IMG/VR virus record: IMGVR_UViG_3300025706_000022
Span: 1 to 64,000 of that record
Reading direction: 5' to 3' (one strand)
DNA from: a virus
Lineage: Duplodnaviria > Caudoviricetes
Length of the DNA stretch: 64,000 nt
Under the pieces are notes generated by a model that made no database searches, was not told the DNA's origin, and saw only the letters and a list, made by a program, of their open reading frames with translations. Below, piece by piece: positions 9,447-19,164 of this stretch. A program made the translations under genes and the position numbers. Every line of letters starts with the position of its first letter. Position 1 is the stretch's first letter.

Positions 9447-10226
9447 TTACTTCACTCCATTAACATAAAGGTCAGTCAGAGCATCCTTCATACTACTGAT
9501 GCCACCATTGATAATCTTTATATTGCCACCTACAGACTTGATAATCTCCTGATGATTATGTGAAGCATGGTTCTTGTGGTATAGAATGACATCTGCACGC
9601 TTAGCCATAGACTTGAGCTGCTCAGTGCTATTACCAGTGCGATCATTCCAGAAATCAAGATCAAAGAATTCATAGAACTCTGAGGAGATGATACCTGCTT
9701 GATGGCTTAGTAAGCCTGTAATAAGCACCTTAGGCTTAGTCACTTTCTCCTTAGGGGCTTTGTTAAGAAATCCATCACGTGTAATCTTAGGTGCAACCTC
9801 TAGCACCAAGTCTTCAAGACCCATCATAATCTCTTGCTTAATCTGCTCTAGCATCCTTTGAGCAATATTATGCGCAGCCTCAGTAATTAGCGTATCCAAG
9901 CTAGGCATAGTATTCTTGATGGTAAACGGTAGCATTGCTGCTGCTTCTTTAACTTCGATCATGGCTTCTTCAACCTCTTCTTTAATTGATTTCTTAGCTA
10001 GCCTATAATGACGAACTTTCCTACCATTATCTCGCACCATGGTAGTGACTGTTATTTCTTCCTTTTCTACTAGTGCATTAAGCTTGGCAAATACGATTGA
10101 GCTAGAGATGTTAAAATGTGTATGTAAGTCTGCTGCTGTACTGTTAGGATGATCCTTTAGATAATCCAGGATCATCTCATTAGAGACCATTACGGGCGGT
10201 TTACGCTTCCTTGCTTCAATATTCAT
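9447..10226 (-). CDS. Winged-HTH protein with C-terminal DUF2325-like Rossmannoid domain
   Basis: ILDYLKDHP.STAADL...F.IS...V...LN.LVE.E.I; C-terminal KVLITG...RADVILY....SH. Confidence 0.6.
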   Translation of the reverse strand: MNIEARKRKPPVMVSNEMILDYLKDHPNSTAADLHTHFNISSSIVFAKLNALVEKEEITVTTMVRDNGRKVRHYRLAKKSIKEEVEEAMIEVKEAAAMLPFTIKNTMPSLDTLITEAAHNIAQRMLEQIKQEIMMGLEDLVLEVAPKITRDGFLNKAPKEKVTKPKVLITGLLSHQAGIISSEFYEFFDLDFWNDRTGNSTEQLKSMAKRADVILYHKNHASHNHQEIIKSVGGNIKIINGGISSMKDALTDLYVNGVK

Positions 10227-10238
10227 TTTATAATCCTC

Positions 10239-10266
10239 AGTAGGGGAGAGTCACCCCCTCCCCATT
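10239..10266 (-). terminator. GC hairpin followed by CCTACT
   Basis: Minus strand GGGGAG-GGGGTGA-CTCTCCCCTACT, right after the SSB stop. Confidence 0.55.
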
Positions 10267-10272
10267 ATTTAA

Positions 10273-10779
10273 TTAAAACACAGGTTCGTCAGGAAGGTTA
10301 TCATCACCCAACTCAGACGGGTCAATGACCTCAGTATCAACAGAGTCAAACTCTTCGAAGTCACCAGGCTTCTTGTGGTACACAATATGCTTGATAACCT
10401 GAACAGCCTGAAGACTAGTAGCAATACCCTTTACACCTTCAAAGGTGTAATCATACTGGAAGATACGGATATTACAAATAGACCCATTACCAATAGAATT
10501 CGGGTCAATGGCTACAAGATTACCATTGACAACCTTGGGAGGATCAGCCTTAGTGCCATCAGTCTTTACAGCGTTCTTGGCAATATTAGCGGTATAGAAC
10601 ACACCAACATCATCCTCTTGCATCTTAGTCTTGATATTAAGCTCTTTCCATTCTTTATTCTGTGCCTTATCACGAGTAAAGATTTGGATAGACCAACGCC
10701 CAGTCTTCTTGAGCTTAGTGCTGGGACGCTCAGGATTCAGTTGAGCAAAACGAACTTCTACGTTCTTTAAAATAGTCAT
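10273..10779 (-). CDS. Single-stranded DNA-binding protein, T7 gp2.5-like
   Basis: IGNGS..N.....Y.....G....LQAVQVI pattern; acidic tail ending in Phe (DDNLPDEPVF). Confidence 0.8.
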   Translation of the reverse strand: MTILKNVEVRFAQLNPERPSTKLKKTGRWSIQIFTRDKAQNKEWKELNIKTKMQEDDVGVFYTANIAKNAVKTDGTKADPPKVVNGNLVAIDPNSIGNGSICNIRIFQYDYTFEGVKGIATSLQAVQVIKHIVYHKKPGDFEEFDSVDTEVIDPSELGDDNLPDEPVF

Positions 10780-11057
10780 GTTTCTGCCTTTGCAGTTAGG
10801 TTAGGTTGCGCGTTATTCTGTAGATAAGCAGGAGGTTCCTCATGCCCTACAGGGTTATAGTGGAAGATAGACTTATGAAACCTATAAATCTTATCTATAC
10901 CACGGCCTTTGATGAAGGCAACCACTTCATCATAAGTTTTGAAATGTTGCGGTGCTTGAGTAATATTCTTTACACGTTGCCATTTACCAAAGATACCATG
11001 CTTAAGCGATACTTCCCAATCACCTGAATACGGATTTACTTCAATCTTAAATTTCAT
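10776..11057 (-). CDS. Hypothetical protein
   Basis: ATGA-coupled ORF. Confidence 0.6.
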   Translation of the reverse strand: MKFKIEVNPYSGDWEVSLKHGIFGKWQRVKNITQAPQHFKTYDEVVAFIKGRGIDKIYRFHKSIFHYNPVGHEEPPAYLQNNAQPNLTAKAET

Positions 11058-11281
11058 GGCGCATCATCTCCCATATCTTCTTCATCATCTTTAAAAATAG
11101 TATTCCAATCATTTTCTGTATAACCAGTCATAATAAACTCACGTTGGCTAGCAGTTAAATGAGGGAACACATCTTGTATCAAAGCGCTACTAGTAAGCCA
11201 CGCCCTATATTCCTCTTCAGAAATAGGAATATCAAGAGTATTTAACTGACGAGTAAGTGGGCTTCTCATAGTAATTAACAT
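11054..11281 (-). CDS. Conserved small phage hypothetical protein
   Basis: LIQD.FP.L....REF.MTG....W motif. Confidence 0.65.
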   Translation of the reverse strand: MLITMRSPLTRQLNTLDIPISEEEYRAWLTSSALIQDVFPHLTASQREFIMTGYTENDWNTIFKDDEEDMGDDAP

Positions 11282-11709
11282 TTTTCACTCTCCACATTAG
11301 ATAATGCTACAGATTTAAGAATATTAATGCAGCTCATATTAAACTTACTTGGAATATAGTAAGCAGTACCTCCACTGTTACTAGTAGTATTATACAGCAA
11401 AGTATATCTACCACCATATAGTTGTTCAGCTACTTCAAATACACCTGCAGTTTCAGTGATATCCTTCATCTTTTCTACAGCAAAGTTAACCACCTTAATA
11501 CATTTGAGGTCATTATAAGACTCAACTAAACATGGTGCACCTCCTAAGAGATAGTCCCAGTCAAATTCTACAAAGCCATTCACTTCTTTTGCCTCTAGCT
11601 TCCCTACTGCTACTGCCATACTAAGTATAGTAGCAAGAATATCTGCTACTACTTCAGCAGGCCAGGTTTCCATTAGCTCTTTAAGTTGCTTTGGTGCTTG
11701 TAGCATCAA
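11275..11709 (-). CDS. Hypothetical protein
   Basis: Coupled ORF. Confidence 0.55.
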   Translation of the reverse strand: MMLQAPKQLKELMETWPAEVVADILATILSMAVAVGKLEAKEVNGFVEFDWDYLLGGAPCLVESYNDLKCIKVVNFAVEKMKDITETAGVFEVAEQLYGGRYTLLYNTTSNSGGTAYYIPSKFNMSCINILKSVALSNVESEKC

Positions 11710-12563
11710 TCTTCCTTCTCAAAGTAGTTATTTACAACAGCTTTCTTTTCATTGTAGTACTCTTCAGGAACACTCTCCTCAATGGAAGTAAGCCAAATAC
11801 CACGAGTGAGTTCAAGAATCATATCACGATTATCATTCAGTAACTGAATAGAGAACTGGTGAGTAGGGTCTTTGCAGTAGTCAACACCTTCTTTCATTTT
11901 AAGCTTATGCTTGATAGTGTATGTAACTGCGCCTTGTACATCTGGAGGAACTGCTCTAGGGGAAATACCAAGTTGATTTGCAATCCAAACTTTAATCTTT
12001 TCCTTACCTTGTACAAGTTCCTTATGCTGTAACTGAGCTAACTCTGCAATAGCCTGGAATTGAGTCAGCATAGGCTTCATCTCTTCCTTCATCATTTCAG
12101 CGAACCCAGTCTTAATGAACTGCGTAATATGATCAGGATTTAAAAGTGCACCTGCAGTTACATTACCATGTACATCCTTAACTGCTTCACGGCCACCAGT
12201 CATGCGGGTATGTTCGTCAACAATAACATCCAAGTAATCTGGATATTGGCGGGCTATATACTTAATAGTTAAATCGTATGGTACAAGATAACAAGGATAG
12301 TATTTACCACGATCATCCTTATAACTATGTGGAATTAACACTGGCTTATCTGTAGAGATTTCAGTGGATTTGGCGTCGCCGACGGCGCTCACTCCACTTT
12401 GTTTTTCTACAAGTCTATTGAGACTACGCATACAATCTGCAGGGCGCTGTCCAGTAAAATCAGCAAGCTTCACCGAATTTACATAAATACCATCTTGATA
12501 TTGCACAAAAAGGTCGCTCAGTTTCTTTTGCATTGCTTCTTGATTACCGATCTTGGTATTCAT
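11706..12563 (-). CDS. Rha-like N-terminal DNA-binding/regulatory protein
   Basis: VNSVKLADFTG.R.....R....L and SYKDDRGK.YPCY.V, typical of Rha domains. Confidence 0.65.
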   Translation of the reverse strand: MNTKIGNQEAMQKKLSDLFVQYQDGIYVNSVKLADFTGQRPADCMRSLNRLVEKQSGVSAVGDAKSTEISTDKPVLIPHSYKDDRGKYYPCYLVPYDLTIKYIARQYPDYLDVIVDEHTRMTGGREAVKDVHGNVTAGALLNPDHITQFIKTGFAEMMKEEMKPMLTQFQAIAELAQLQHKELVQGKEKIKVWIANQLGISPRAVPPDVQGAVTYTIKHKLKMKEGVDYCKDPTHQFSIQLLNDNRDMILELTRGIWLTSIEESVPEEYYNEKKAVVNNYFEKED

Positions 12564-12586
12564 TTGTATTACTCCTATTGATTTAA

Positions 12587-12973
12587 TCAGATGAAATTAT
12601 CTGATTTGATACCCATGTGAGCCAAGCTAATATCTGCATCAATATGTGGTATGATAGCAGTATTCATTTCAATAAGCTTACGTAGTTTATCCTTAAGCTT
12701 CTCTGTTTCCTTTTGTTTAATACCAATAAAATCACGTTTATTTAAATCCTCAAGTATAGCCTTATACTCCTTAGTACTGCTCTTAAGTCTAGAAGATAGC
12801 TTTTCAAGACCCTCTAATGTTTGAATCTCCTCATTGGATGAAAGATGCATATCATTAATAACCTCTTCTTTAGTCATACCATACGCATCTGCAATAGCAT
12901 CTACTTTAAAGTATATCTTACCATCTATTACTCCAGTAAACTTATCTGGCATACCCACTCCTATAGAAAACAA
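12587..12973 (-). CDS. Hypothetical protein with possible KilA/Bro-like N-terminus and coiled coil
   Basis: IDGKIYF....IA.AYG; heptad-rich C-terminus. Confidence 0.5.
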   Translation of the reverse strand: MFSIGVGMPDKFTGVIDGKIYFKVDAIADAYGMTKEEVINDMHLSSNEEIQTLEGLEKLSSRLKSSTKEYKAILEDLNKRDFIGIKQKETEKLKDKLRKLIEMNTAIIPHIDADISLAHMGIKSDNFI

Positions 12974-15105
12974 TACTCAGCCTTAGCAACTTCTAGTATG
13001 TTGAAATTACCAGTCTTTACTTCCAAATCATCAATACCCAACTGTTTAAGAAGATCACCAAGAGGGTTATTGTAATACAACATAATGAAACTACTTCTGA
13101 CGTCTTCATGTAGTTGCTCCATACCACCAGCTAATGTACCAAATGAATCATGTACAGTTACTAGTGGCTCTTTACAATAATGTGCAGTAAGCATTAGATG
13201 TGTTGCATCCATACTATGCACAATATTTGGTGGTGCTCCAGTCTTTTGTTTAGAAGGACTTTCGCGTTTATTGTTATTATCTCGAATAGATAATGACAAC
13301 GTATCATCGTAGTATGGGGCCTTGACCTTAGTTAGTTCACCAATACGATAATCTTGCACTACTGGAAAATTAACTATAGGGGTATTCCATTCCAAAGATT
13401 TACCTACATTACCTTTGCGTTTACCAGCAGTTTCAAATAACTTAAGTAGTGCTACACTGGTAGGCATAGCCTGTTCCATGGTATCGTACACAATCTGGCC
13501 TAACCAAATAGCCCAAGCCCTGTCCATGCCTTCTAAATAATCAATACCATGCTTAGGAGCGTCTTCAATAATCTGTTCACCAGCCCCGAAACGGGTTACG
13601 CCATAGACCATTGTCATAACCCCTCTCTTAACAAGCTTTCTACGCTCATTAGCTTCTTTTACTTTCTTCCAATAAATTGGTGCAGCTTCTTTTATATGAG
13701 CTTGATACTTATGCTTAAATTCCTTTACTTCTTCATATAAATCCTTAGTCTCATCCTTATCAGCAGAGTGTATAATACCCTTACGTAGCCTACTGACTTC
13801 TTTTATTATCTCTTCTAGCTTATCAACATTATCTACCTTCATCTCATTTATACGTTTCCATACAAACTCAGAGATATACTTATAAAGATCTTGAACAGAC
13901 TTATTAGCGCAAAGATTAGTATGATAAGCAGTTTCTTCATCTCTAGTTAAAGCTGAGAGATGTTGACTTCCATTGTTGCTTCCGTCTACATAGCATATTA
14001 ACCGAGACACAAACTTCTCTACATCCTCACCGCTAGCACGCCATTGCTGAATGAGAGCTATTTCGATACAGGCAGCTAGAAATTGCCAGGGAGAATCTGC
14101 ATCCATCCAACCAGTAAACTCATCTGGGTTATTAGCATAGTTTAAGAATACGCCCATATTATCGTTAGCCCACTCTACTCTTTGCTCTAATGATAATTTG
14201 TCAGATTTAACACCATAAGTGGTCTTACCTGCCCAAGTTGATGCTAGGGCATGCTTAATCCACTTTTCACCATGAACACCAAGCTCCTTACCCTCAGCTA
14301 GTAGTAATAGACTCTTAGCTAAGTCAGTACTTTGTTCATTTAGAAAGCCAGTAGCGGGGTAACAACGGCCTCTAAAATCGAAGAAGTATTGATGATAAAA
14401 GACCTTGCTCTGTAGCTCTATACCTAGGTTTATGATAGTCTCAGCAAGTCTTTTCTTTGACTCTCTAGCCACAGGGTTAGAAGACTTGTAGTACTCCTTA
14501 AACACCTTAGTATTATCCTTAAAATGCTTAAGAGCTACTGATAGAATATTAGTATTGATTACCCATCCTCTATTGAATAATTTATGCATCATTTCAATAG
14601 CCATAGGCGTACTCGCCTCAGTCAACCTAGCCTTGCTCCTCCTTATTAGCTTCTTAATTGGAATAGGGCATGGCGTAAATGTAGGCTTGATTGCTGCTGC
14701 TCTAGGCCTTTCATCCCATAGGGATTTAATCTTAGACTCTTCTATATTTACAAAGATACCTTCATTATCTTCAATAATAACTTCGAATAAACCTACTAAA
14801 GAAAAGCACTTTAAGAAGAAACATCCAGTTTTACCTGCTGCATCTGGGAAATTCTCAAAAGAACTACCTGACTGCTTTAAAATAGTTTCACCTACAGTAG
14901 CAACGATAACATTTACATTTGTATTATCAGCCATTAGATATGTAGCTATCATATCAAATGCTATATCTGTAAGACGACTGATGCTTACGCCACTCTCTTC
15001 ATTTAAAAAATCCAGGAGAGGTGATTCAAATTGATCATTAAATGTCTGACTTTCTACTGCTGTATACAGTATCTCCCTCTTCACAACAAATTCTCCATTT
15101 GACAA
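12961..15105 (-). CDS. Single-subunit (T7-type) DNA-directed RNA polymerase with short N-terminus (RNAP2)
   Basis: FDFRGRCY; motif A DGSNNGSQH; motif B RKLVKRGVMTMVYG; PNIVHSMDATHL; motif C VHDSF. Start may be GTG 15084. Confidence 0.95.
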   Translation of the reverse strand: MSNGEFVVKREILYTAVESQTFNDQFESPLLDFLNEESGVSISRLTDIAFDMIATYLMADNTNVNVIVATVGETILKQSGSSFENFPDAAGKTGCFFLKCFSLVGLFEVIIEDNEGIFVNIEESKIKSLWDERPRAAAIKPTFTPCPIPIKKLIRRSKARLTEASTPMAIEMMHKLFNRGWVINTNILSVALKHFKDNTKVFKEYYKSSNPVARESKKRLAETIINLGIELQSKVFYHQYFFDFRGRCYPATGFLNEQSTDLAKSLLLLAEGKELGVHGEKWIKHALASTWAGKTTYGVKSDKLSLEQRVEWANDNMGVFLNYANNPDEFTGWMDADSPWQFLAACIEIALIQQWRASGEDVEKFVSRLICYVDGSNNGSQHLSALTRDEETAYHTNLCANKSVQDLYKYISEFVWKRINEMKVDNVDKLEEIIKEVSRLRKGIIHSADKDETKDLYEEVKEFKHKYQAHIKEAAPIYWKKVKEANERRKLVKRGVMTMVYGVTRFGAGEQIIEDAPKHGIDYLEGMDRAWAIWLGQIVYDTMEQAMPTSVALLKLFETAGKRKGNVGKSLEWNTPIVNFPVVQDYRIGELTKVKAPYYDDTLSLSIRDNNNKRESPSKQKTGAPPNIVHSMDATHLMLTAHYCKEPLVTVHDSFGTLAGGMEQLHEDVRSSFIMLYYNNPLGDLLKQLGIDDLEVKTGNFNILEVAKAEYCFL

Positions 15106-15120
15106 AAATAATATGATAAA

Positions 15121-15151
15121 AGTAGGAGGGAACGGCCCGAAGGCCGTCCCC
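15121..15151 (-). terminator. cUUCGg hairpin followed by CCTACT, just upstream of RNAP2
   Basis: Minus strand GGGGACGGCC-TTCG-GGCCGTTCCCTCCTACTTTT. Confidence 0.7.
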
Positions 15152-15721
15152 AGGTACTAATAGAGAATACCTTGCAAGACTCCTATAAATGTGTATATTA
15201 CCACAGTCATAACAGCCGTTGCAATAAAGCCTAATACTGATAGGTCTAAGATAAGCTTAAACAAGGCCCATAAATTAACATACACTATTCGGACTATTAG
15301 TGAGAATGTCATAATTACCTCTAAATATAGCCATTAACTCCAAGAAGTAACAGCAAGCCAATAAAGTGCTGCAAAGGCTATTTTAATTCCAGCTACTATA
15401 ATAATCACGAATATTGTAGAGGGAAGCATTATTGATAATACTAATAGAATAGTCAGCTTAATTAGCTCACCCATACTATTACCTCCTTAAGCCTAATAAA
15501 ATACCCACTTGGGACTATGGTTAACTTATTAGACACAATACTCATGTTATTACCTTTCTAGTGAAGCCCTACTATTTTGTCGAATCGTATATTTGCAGTA
15601 TCACGATGTTTTTTGAAACGAGCGATCAATGCTCTAATGAAGATTTCAGCCAGTATGGTTGACGTAGCTAACTGTAGCTCAAAGGTAGTTTTGAAAAGTG
15701 ATTTACCCTTCTTTTGGGCCA

Positions 15722-16243
15722 TCAATAACTCCACTGACTAAATTCTTCACTTAGAGCTACCAACTTAGACTTGATATAAGACTTAGTTGGCTGTACAACT
15801 GCAGTATTTAAAGGCTTGATCACGCCTTCATTTACTGGTACTACTACTCGATTATGCACAAGCTCCCCAACACTCGCTTCAGGAACCATTGCATTATTGA
15901 GCTTCTTTGTTACTTCAACATTCTGAGCAAGAAGCTGCTCATTCTGTTCTTTAAGTTCTACTACACGCTTAGAAAGCTCCTCATGCTCCTTACGAAGAAC
16001 TTTCAACTCGTTTACAACAGGAGTGATAGTTACAAGCTCAATAAACTGATCCTGAGTCATGATATTATTGAGATCCAGATACTTCATGATACTCTCACTG
16101 TTGGTGATCACACCTACCAACATTGCAGCACTAACAATACAGATAGCTGCAAGTGAGACAAGAGCCAATACTATCCCTTGAATAGCTTCAAAGAAGTAGA
16201 TTGCAAAGCGAGCAACAGGATTGTACTTAACGATGGCGTTCAT
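15722..16243 (-). CDS. Membrane-anchored coiled-coil protein
   Basis: Hydrophobic segment IVLALVSLAAICIVSAAMLVGVI followed by heptad repeats. Confidence 0.65.
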   Translation of the reverse strand: MNAIVKYNPVARFAIYFFEAIQGIVLALVSLAAICIVSAAMLVGVITNSESIMKYLDLNNIMTQDQFIELVTITPVVNELKVLRKEHEELSKRVVELKEQNEQLLAQNVEVTKKLNNAMVPEASVGELVHNRVVVPVNEGVIKPLNTAVVQPTKSYIKSKLVALSEEFSQWSY

Positions 16244-16261
16244 TTGATTCTCCTAAACTAA

Positions 16262-16480
16262 TTAAAAATAGAACTTACGACGTGCTTCATACTTCAGTCT
16301 TGCAACCTTCTCCTCATAGAGTTCAGACTGATACTTCTTGAGACGTGATGCTTTGTCTTCAATGAAGATACCAACTGTATACTTTATGGCACTACTGAGA
16401 ATGTACCAGACTCTTTTAAACGGTCTAACCTTACTTACCTCATAAACTCTTGTTGCTTCCCCTTCTATTACATCTCTCAT
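16262..16480 (-). CDS. Hypothetical protein
   Basis: Coupled ORF. Confidence 0.55.
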   Translation of the reverse strand: MRDVIEGEATRVYEVSKVRPFKRVWYILSSAIKYTVGIFIEDKASRLKKYQSELYEEKVARLKYEARRKFYF

Positions 16481-16680
16481 TTAGACTTACTCCGATTAGT
16501 AGTAGGCCTAGCTGGGGCAAATGATTCAATAACCTTGTTACCGTAACGGTCATGAACTTGATATCCACCATTAGAGCTGTGGTAGATCTTAGCGCTATCC
16601 ATTGGAGTTACTGGCCCTTTGTAACCCTCATAAGCACAACCAGAGGTGATAAGAGTTAACACTATAAGTAAAAATTTCAT
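16477..16680 (-). CDS. Small predicted lipoprotein
   Basis: MKFLLIVLTLITSGC lipobox-like signal. Confidence 0.65.
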   Translation of the reverse strand: MKFLLIVLTLITSGCAYEGYKGPVTPMDSAKIYHSSNGGYQVHDRYGNKVIESFAPARPTTNRSKSK

Positions 16681-17063
16681 TGCATCTGCTCCATAAGTTT
16701 TTCAACAGAGTTCACATAATTCATCATAGTTTGATAACCCTTTTCAGAGTCTGCACTAGTAGCACATTCCTTGTTAAACCCTGAAACCAGCTTATCACGG
16801 TTCTTGTACTTCTTAAATGCATTCACTACACCAATTGAGTACTTGCTCATAAAAGTCATAGCAGTTCTTTGCGGTATAGTAAGGGCTACATACTTCTTTT
16901 CAAAGGATAATTCGGCAGCTTCCATTGAGTTACCGCTTTTATCTATATCGTTGTAAGTTTCAATCAGGCCACCAGTGATTTCACAGAAATTAGCCTTTGA
17001 AATACCAGCAAAAGCATTGAAAGAAACAAGAGCAGCAATGATCATAATCATCTTCTTAAACAT
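16677..17063 (-). CDS. Predicted secreted/periplasmic protein
   Basis: Sec signal MFKKMIMIIAALVSFNAFA; two Cys. Confidence 0.65.
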   Translation of the reverse strand: MFKKMIMIIAALVSFNAFAGISKANFCEITGGLIETYNDIDKSGNSMEAAELSFEKKYVALTIPQRTAMTFMSKYSIGVVNAFKKYKNRDKLVSGFNKECATSADSEKGYQTMMNYVNSVEKLMEQMQ

Positions 17064-17137
17064 GGTAATACTCCTAAGTTAAATTGACATAGACACTCTC
17101 CCGAGTGTTTCGCTCATTTAGAGCTCTTCAGTATGTC

Positions 17138-17356
17138 TTACTTTCCTTCCACATAGTATGGCCACACAATGGGTACAGACTGATGCCCATTAAGCAAACA
17201 CACAATGTGAATATTGTTTCGCTCTTTTTCAGGATACTTGCTAAGAGCATTATCAACTACGCGGCTCATATCACCATGGTAAGTGGTATGGAACAAGTCA
17301 TACTCCTGAGTCTCAGGGTTATAACAAACTGCAGTTACCTTTTTGCTCGTGTTCAT
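17138..17356 (-). CDS. Hypothetical protein
   Basis: ORF with AGGAG RBS. Confidence 0.55.
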   Translation of the reverse strand: MNTSKKVTAVCYNPETQEYDLFHTTYHGDMSRVVDNALSKYPEKERNNIHIVCLLNGHQSVPIVWPYYVEGK

Positions 17357-17539
17357 TTACATCTCCTTGATTGAAAGCCACTTGATCATAATACTATCTT
17401 CATAAAGTGTAACCCTAAACTCGCCAGGAAAGCAGAACTTGTACTGCATAAGCACTCCCATATCATGGCTACTCAGGGTTACACCACCCTTTTTCAACAA
17501 CTCCTTAACTTCTTCTTCAGACATTTTAAGCCCTTTAAA

Positions 17540-17749
17540 TTAAAATCCTTCAGGATGAATTTGTAAGAATTGCAGCATTTTCTTACGGTATCTTGGAATT
17601 ACTTGCGGATAATACTTTTGAATATATTCATGAAGCTGAACAATATCCATAGTACGCTTACGATGTGCCTGTAAAGCAGCAAGTGCAGACGGTGGTATCT
17701 CTTTCTTTTTAGGTGCTTCTGGGAAAAGATCTTCTACTAAATTAGACAT
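17540..17749 (-). CDS. Small protein with P.AxAALxxHRKR motif shared with 61681-62088
   Basis: IPPSALAALQAHRKRTMDIVQLHEYI. Confidence 0.6.
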   Translation of the reverse strand: MSNLVEDLFPEAPKKKEIPPSALAALQAHRKRTMDIVQLHEYIQKYYPQVIPRYRKKMLQFLQIHPEGF

Positions 17750-17763
17750 TTATTTCTCCTTAA

Positions 17764-17848
17764 TGGTGCCCGTAGTGGGGATCGAACCCACATGACTTTC
17801 GTCGCTGCGTTTTAAGCACAGTGCCTATACCAATTCGGCTATACGGGC
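17764..17848 (-). tRNA. tRNA-Leu (anticodon TAA)
   Basis: Acceptor GCCCGTA/TACGGGC, anticodon arm CTGTG-CT TAA AA-CGCAG, long variable arm, TTCGATC loop, encoded CCA. Confidence 0.95.
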
Positions 17849-17854
17849 ATTAGC

Positions 17855-18088
17855 CTACTTCAAATCAGGGTACAGCTCGTATATCTCATCATTAATCATC
17901 GGCTGGCCATATCCATCTTGAAGGATAAAATCGCCAGTCCTTTGGTCTATTCGAATCTGAATATACTTTACAGTAATTCCTACTTTCATCCAATTAGTGG
18001 GCGACCTTTTAATTGCATTACTAACTGCAGTAGTAGCCCTTACTAGCTCTTCTGCATAAAACCACCCATTAAGTTTATCTTGTTTCAC
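17855..18088 (-). CDS. Hypothetical protein
   Basis: Coupled ORF. Confidence 0.55.
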   Translation of the reverse strand: MKQDKLNGWFYAEELVRATTAVSNAIKRSPTNWMKVGITVKYIQIRIDQRTGDFILQDGYGQPMINDEIYELYPDLK

Positions 18089-18318
18089 TTGATTCCTTCC
18101 ACTTGTTCAATTTCAACTAGTTTAAAAATCCGATACAGAGAATTAGGGTTAAGCCCACTAAACTCTGCTACGAACTGATTCGCTTCTTCCTGGCTAAACA
18201 ACGAAGGCCATGAGCCCCTATTGCTACAAAGTTCACCCTGAGGGTAATCTTCATCGAATACCAGAATTGCGAGATCCTTCTCTAATGCTTTACCAAAAGA
18301 CATACAAATAACCTCCAA
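18085..18318 (-). CDS. Hypothetical protein
   Basis: ORF with GGAGG RBS. Confidence 0.5.
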   Translation of the reverse strand: MEVICMSFGKALEKDLAILVFDEDYPQGELCSNRGSWPSLFSQEEANQFVAEFSGLNPNSLYRIFKLVEIEQVEGIK

Positions 18319-18594
18319 AAATTAATGCTACCATTAGTGATGCGCAGAAAATATCCATTCCGAGACTAGATTTCATTCTATGCCTCTAACTACTTTGAAT
18401 CACGAATATTACTGAACAGGTAGATAGCCAGACTGATCACAGAAATCATGAAACCAGTCTTACCAGATTCAGCCACAACACCTTCATAAACTTCTTGATA
18501 AGTAACACGCATGGTATTTCTCCTAAGTAAAATTAAACTACATGAAATTCAACCATTGAAGCTACTCTTTCGAATAGCTCCTAGTTTGAATCTA

Positions 18595-19074
18595 TTACAA
18601 GTACTTGCCCATCAACTGCTTACCAGCATTCAAAGCCTTGTTACCAGCAGCAGTTGCAGCGTCCAATGTAGCTTGTGCAGCCTTCTTAGTCTCTTCCAGA
18701 ATCTGGGAGTCAACATAAGTGGTACAGGCAAGCTGGATCGGTTCTTGACCCTTGAAGCGATCTGCAAGATACAGATGCGAGACTATCACAGAGCCAGCGC
18801 CAAGAGCAGCGCCAGAGATAGTATCAGCAACAAGAATCGTTGCAACAGTACCAGCGGCCATTGGAGGTGCAACAATAGCGATAGTAATACCGGATGCAAC
18901 TAGCATTACACCACCACCGTATGCAGCACCTGCACCAATCGACTTCCATACTGCACTTGCTTCACACTGGTTTATTCGCTGAGCACGAGTCTGCTCAGCA
19001 GCCTTAACTTGTGTGGACAACAGTGCCAAAGCGATAACAGCAACAATAGCAACAATCAAAGATTTCTTAAGCAT
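18595..19074 (-). CDS. Secreted/membrane glycine-zipper-like protein
   Basis: Signal peptide, then C...GAGAAYGGG...GAALGAG...C. Confidence 0.65.
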   Translation of the reverse strand: MLKKSLIVAIVAVIALALLSTQVKAAEQTRAQRINQCEASAVWKSIGAGAAYGGGVMLVASGITIAIVAPPMAAGTVATILVADTISGAALGAGSVIVSHLYLADRFKGQEPIQLACTTYVDSQILEETKKAAQATLDAATAAGNKALNAGKQLMGKYL

Positions 19075-19122
19075 GGTAATACTCCTATTTAAATTAAACT
19101 ACAGTAAGTGATACCTCTTTCG

Positions 19123-19139
19123 ATATCATATAAGATGGA
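19123..19139 (-). promoter_or_regulatory. Repeated 17-bp motif TCCATCTTATATGATAT, candidate phage-RNAP promoter (copy 1)
   Basis: Identical copy at 21814-21830 and a 15/17 copy at 19705-19721; all intergenic and upstream of minus-strand starts. Confidence 0.6.
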
Positions 19140-19164
19140 TAGAAACCCAAAGTTAAAAACCAAG

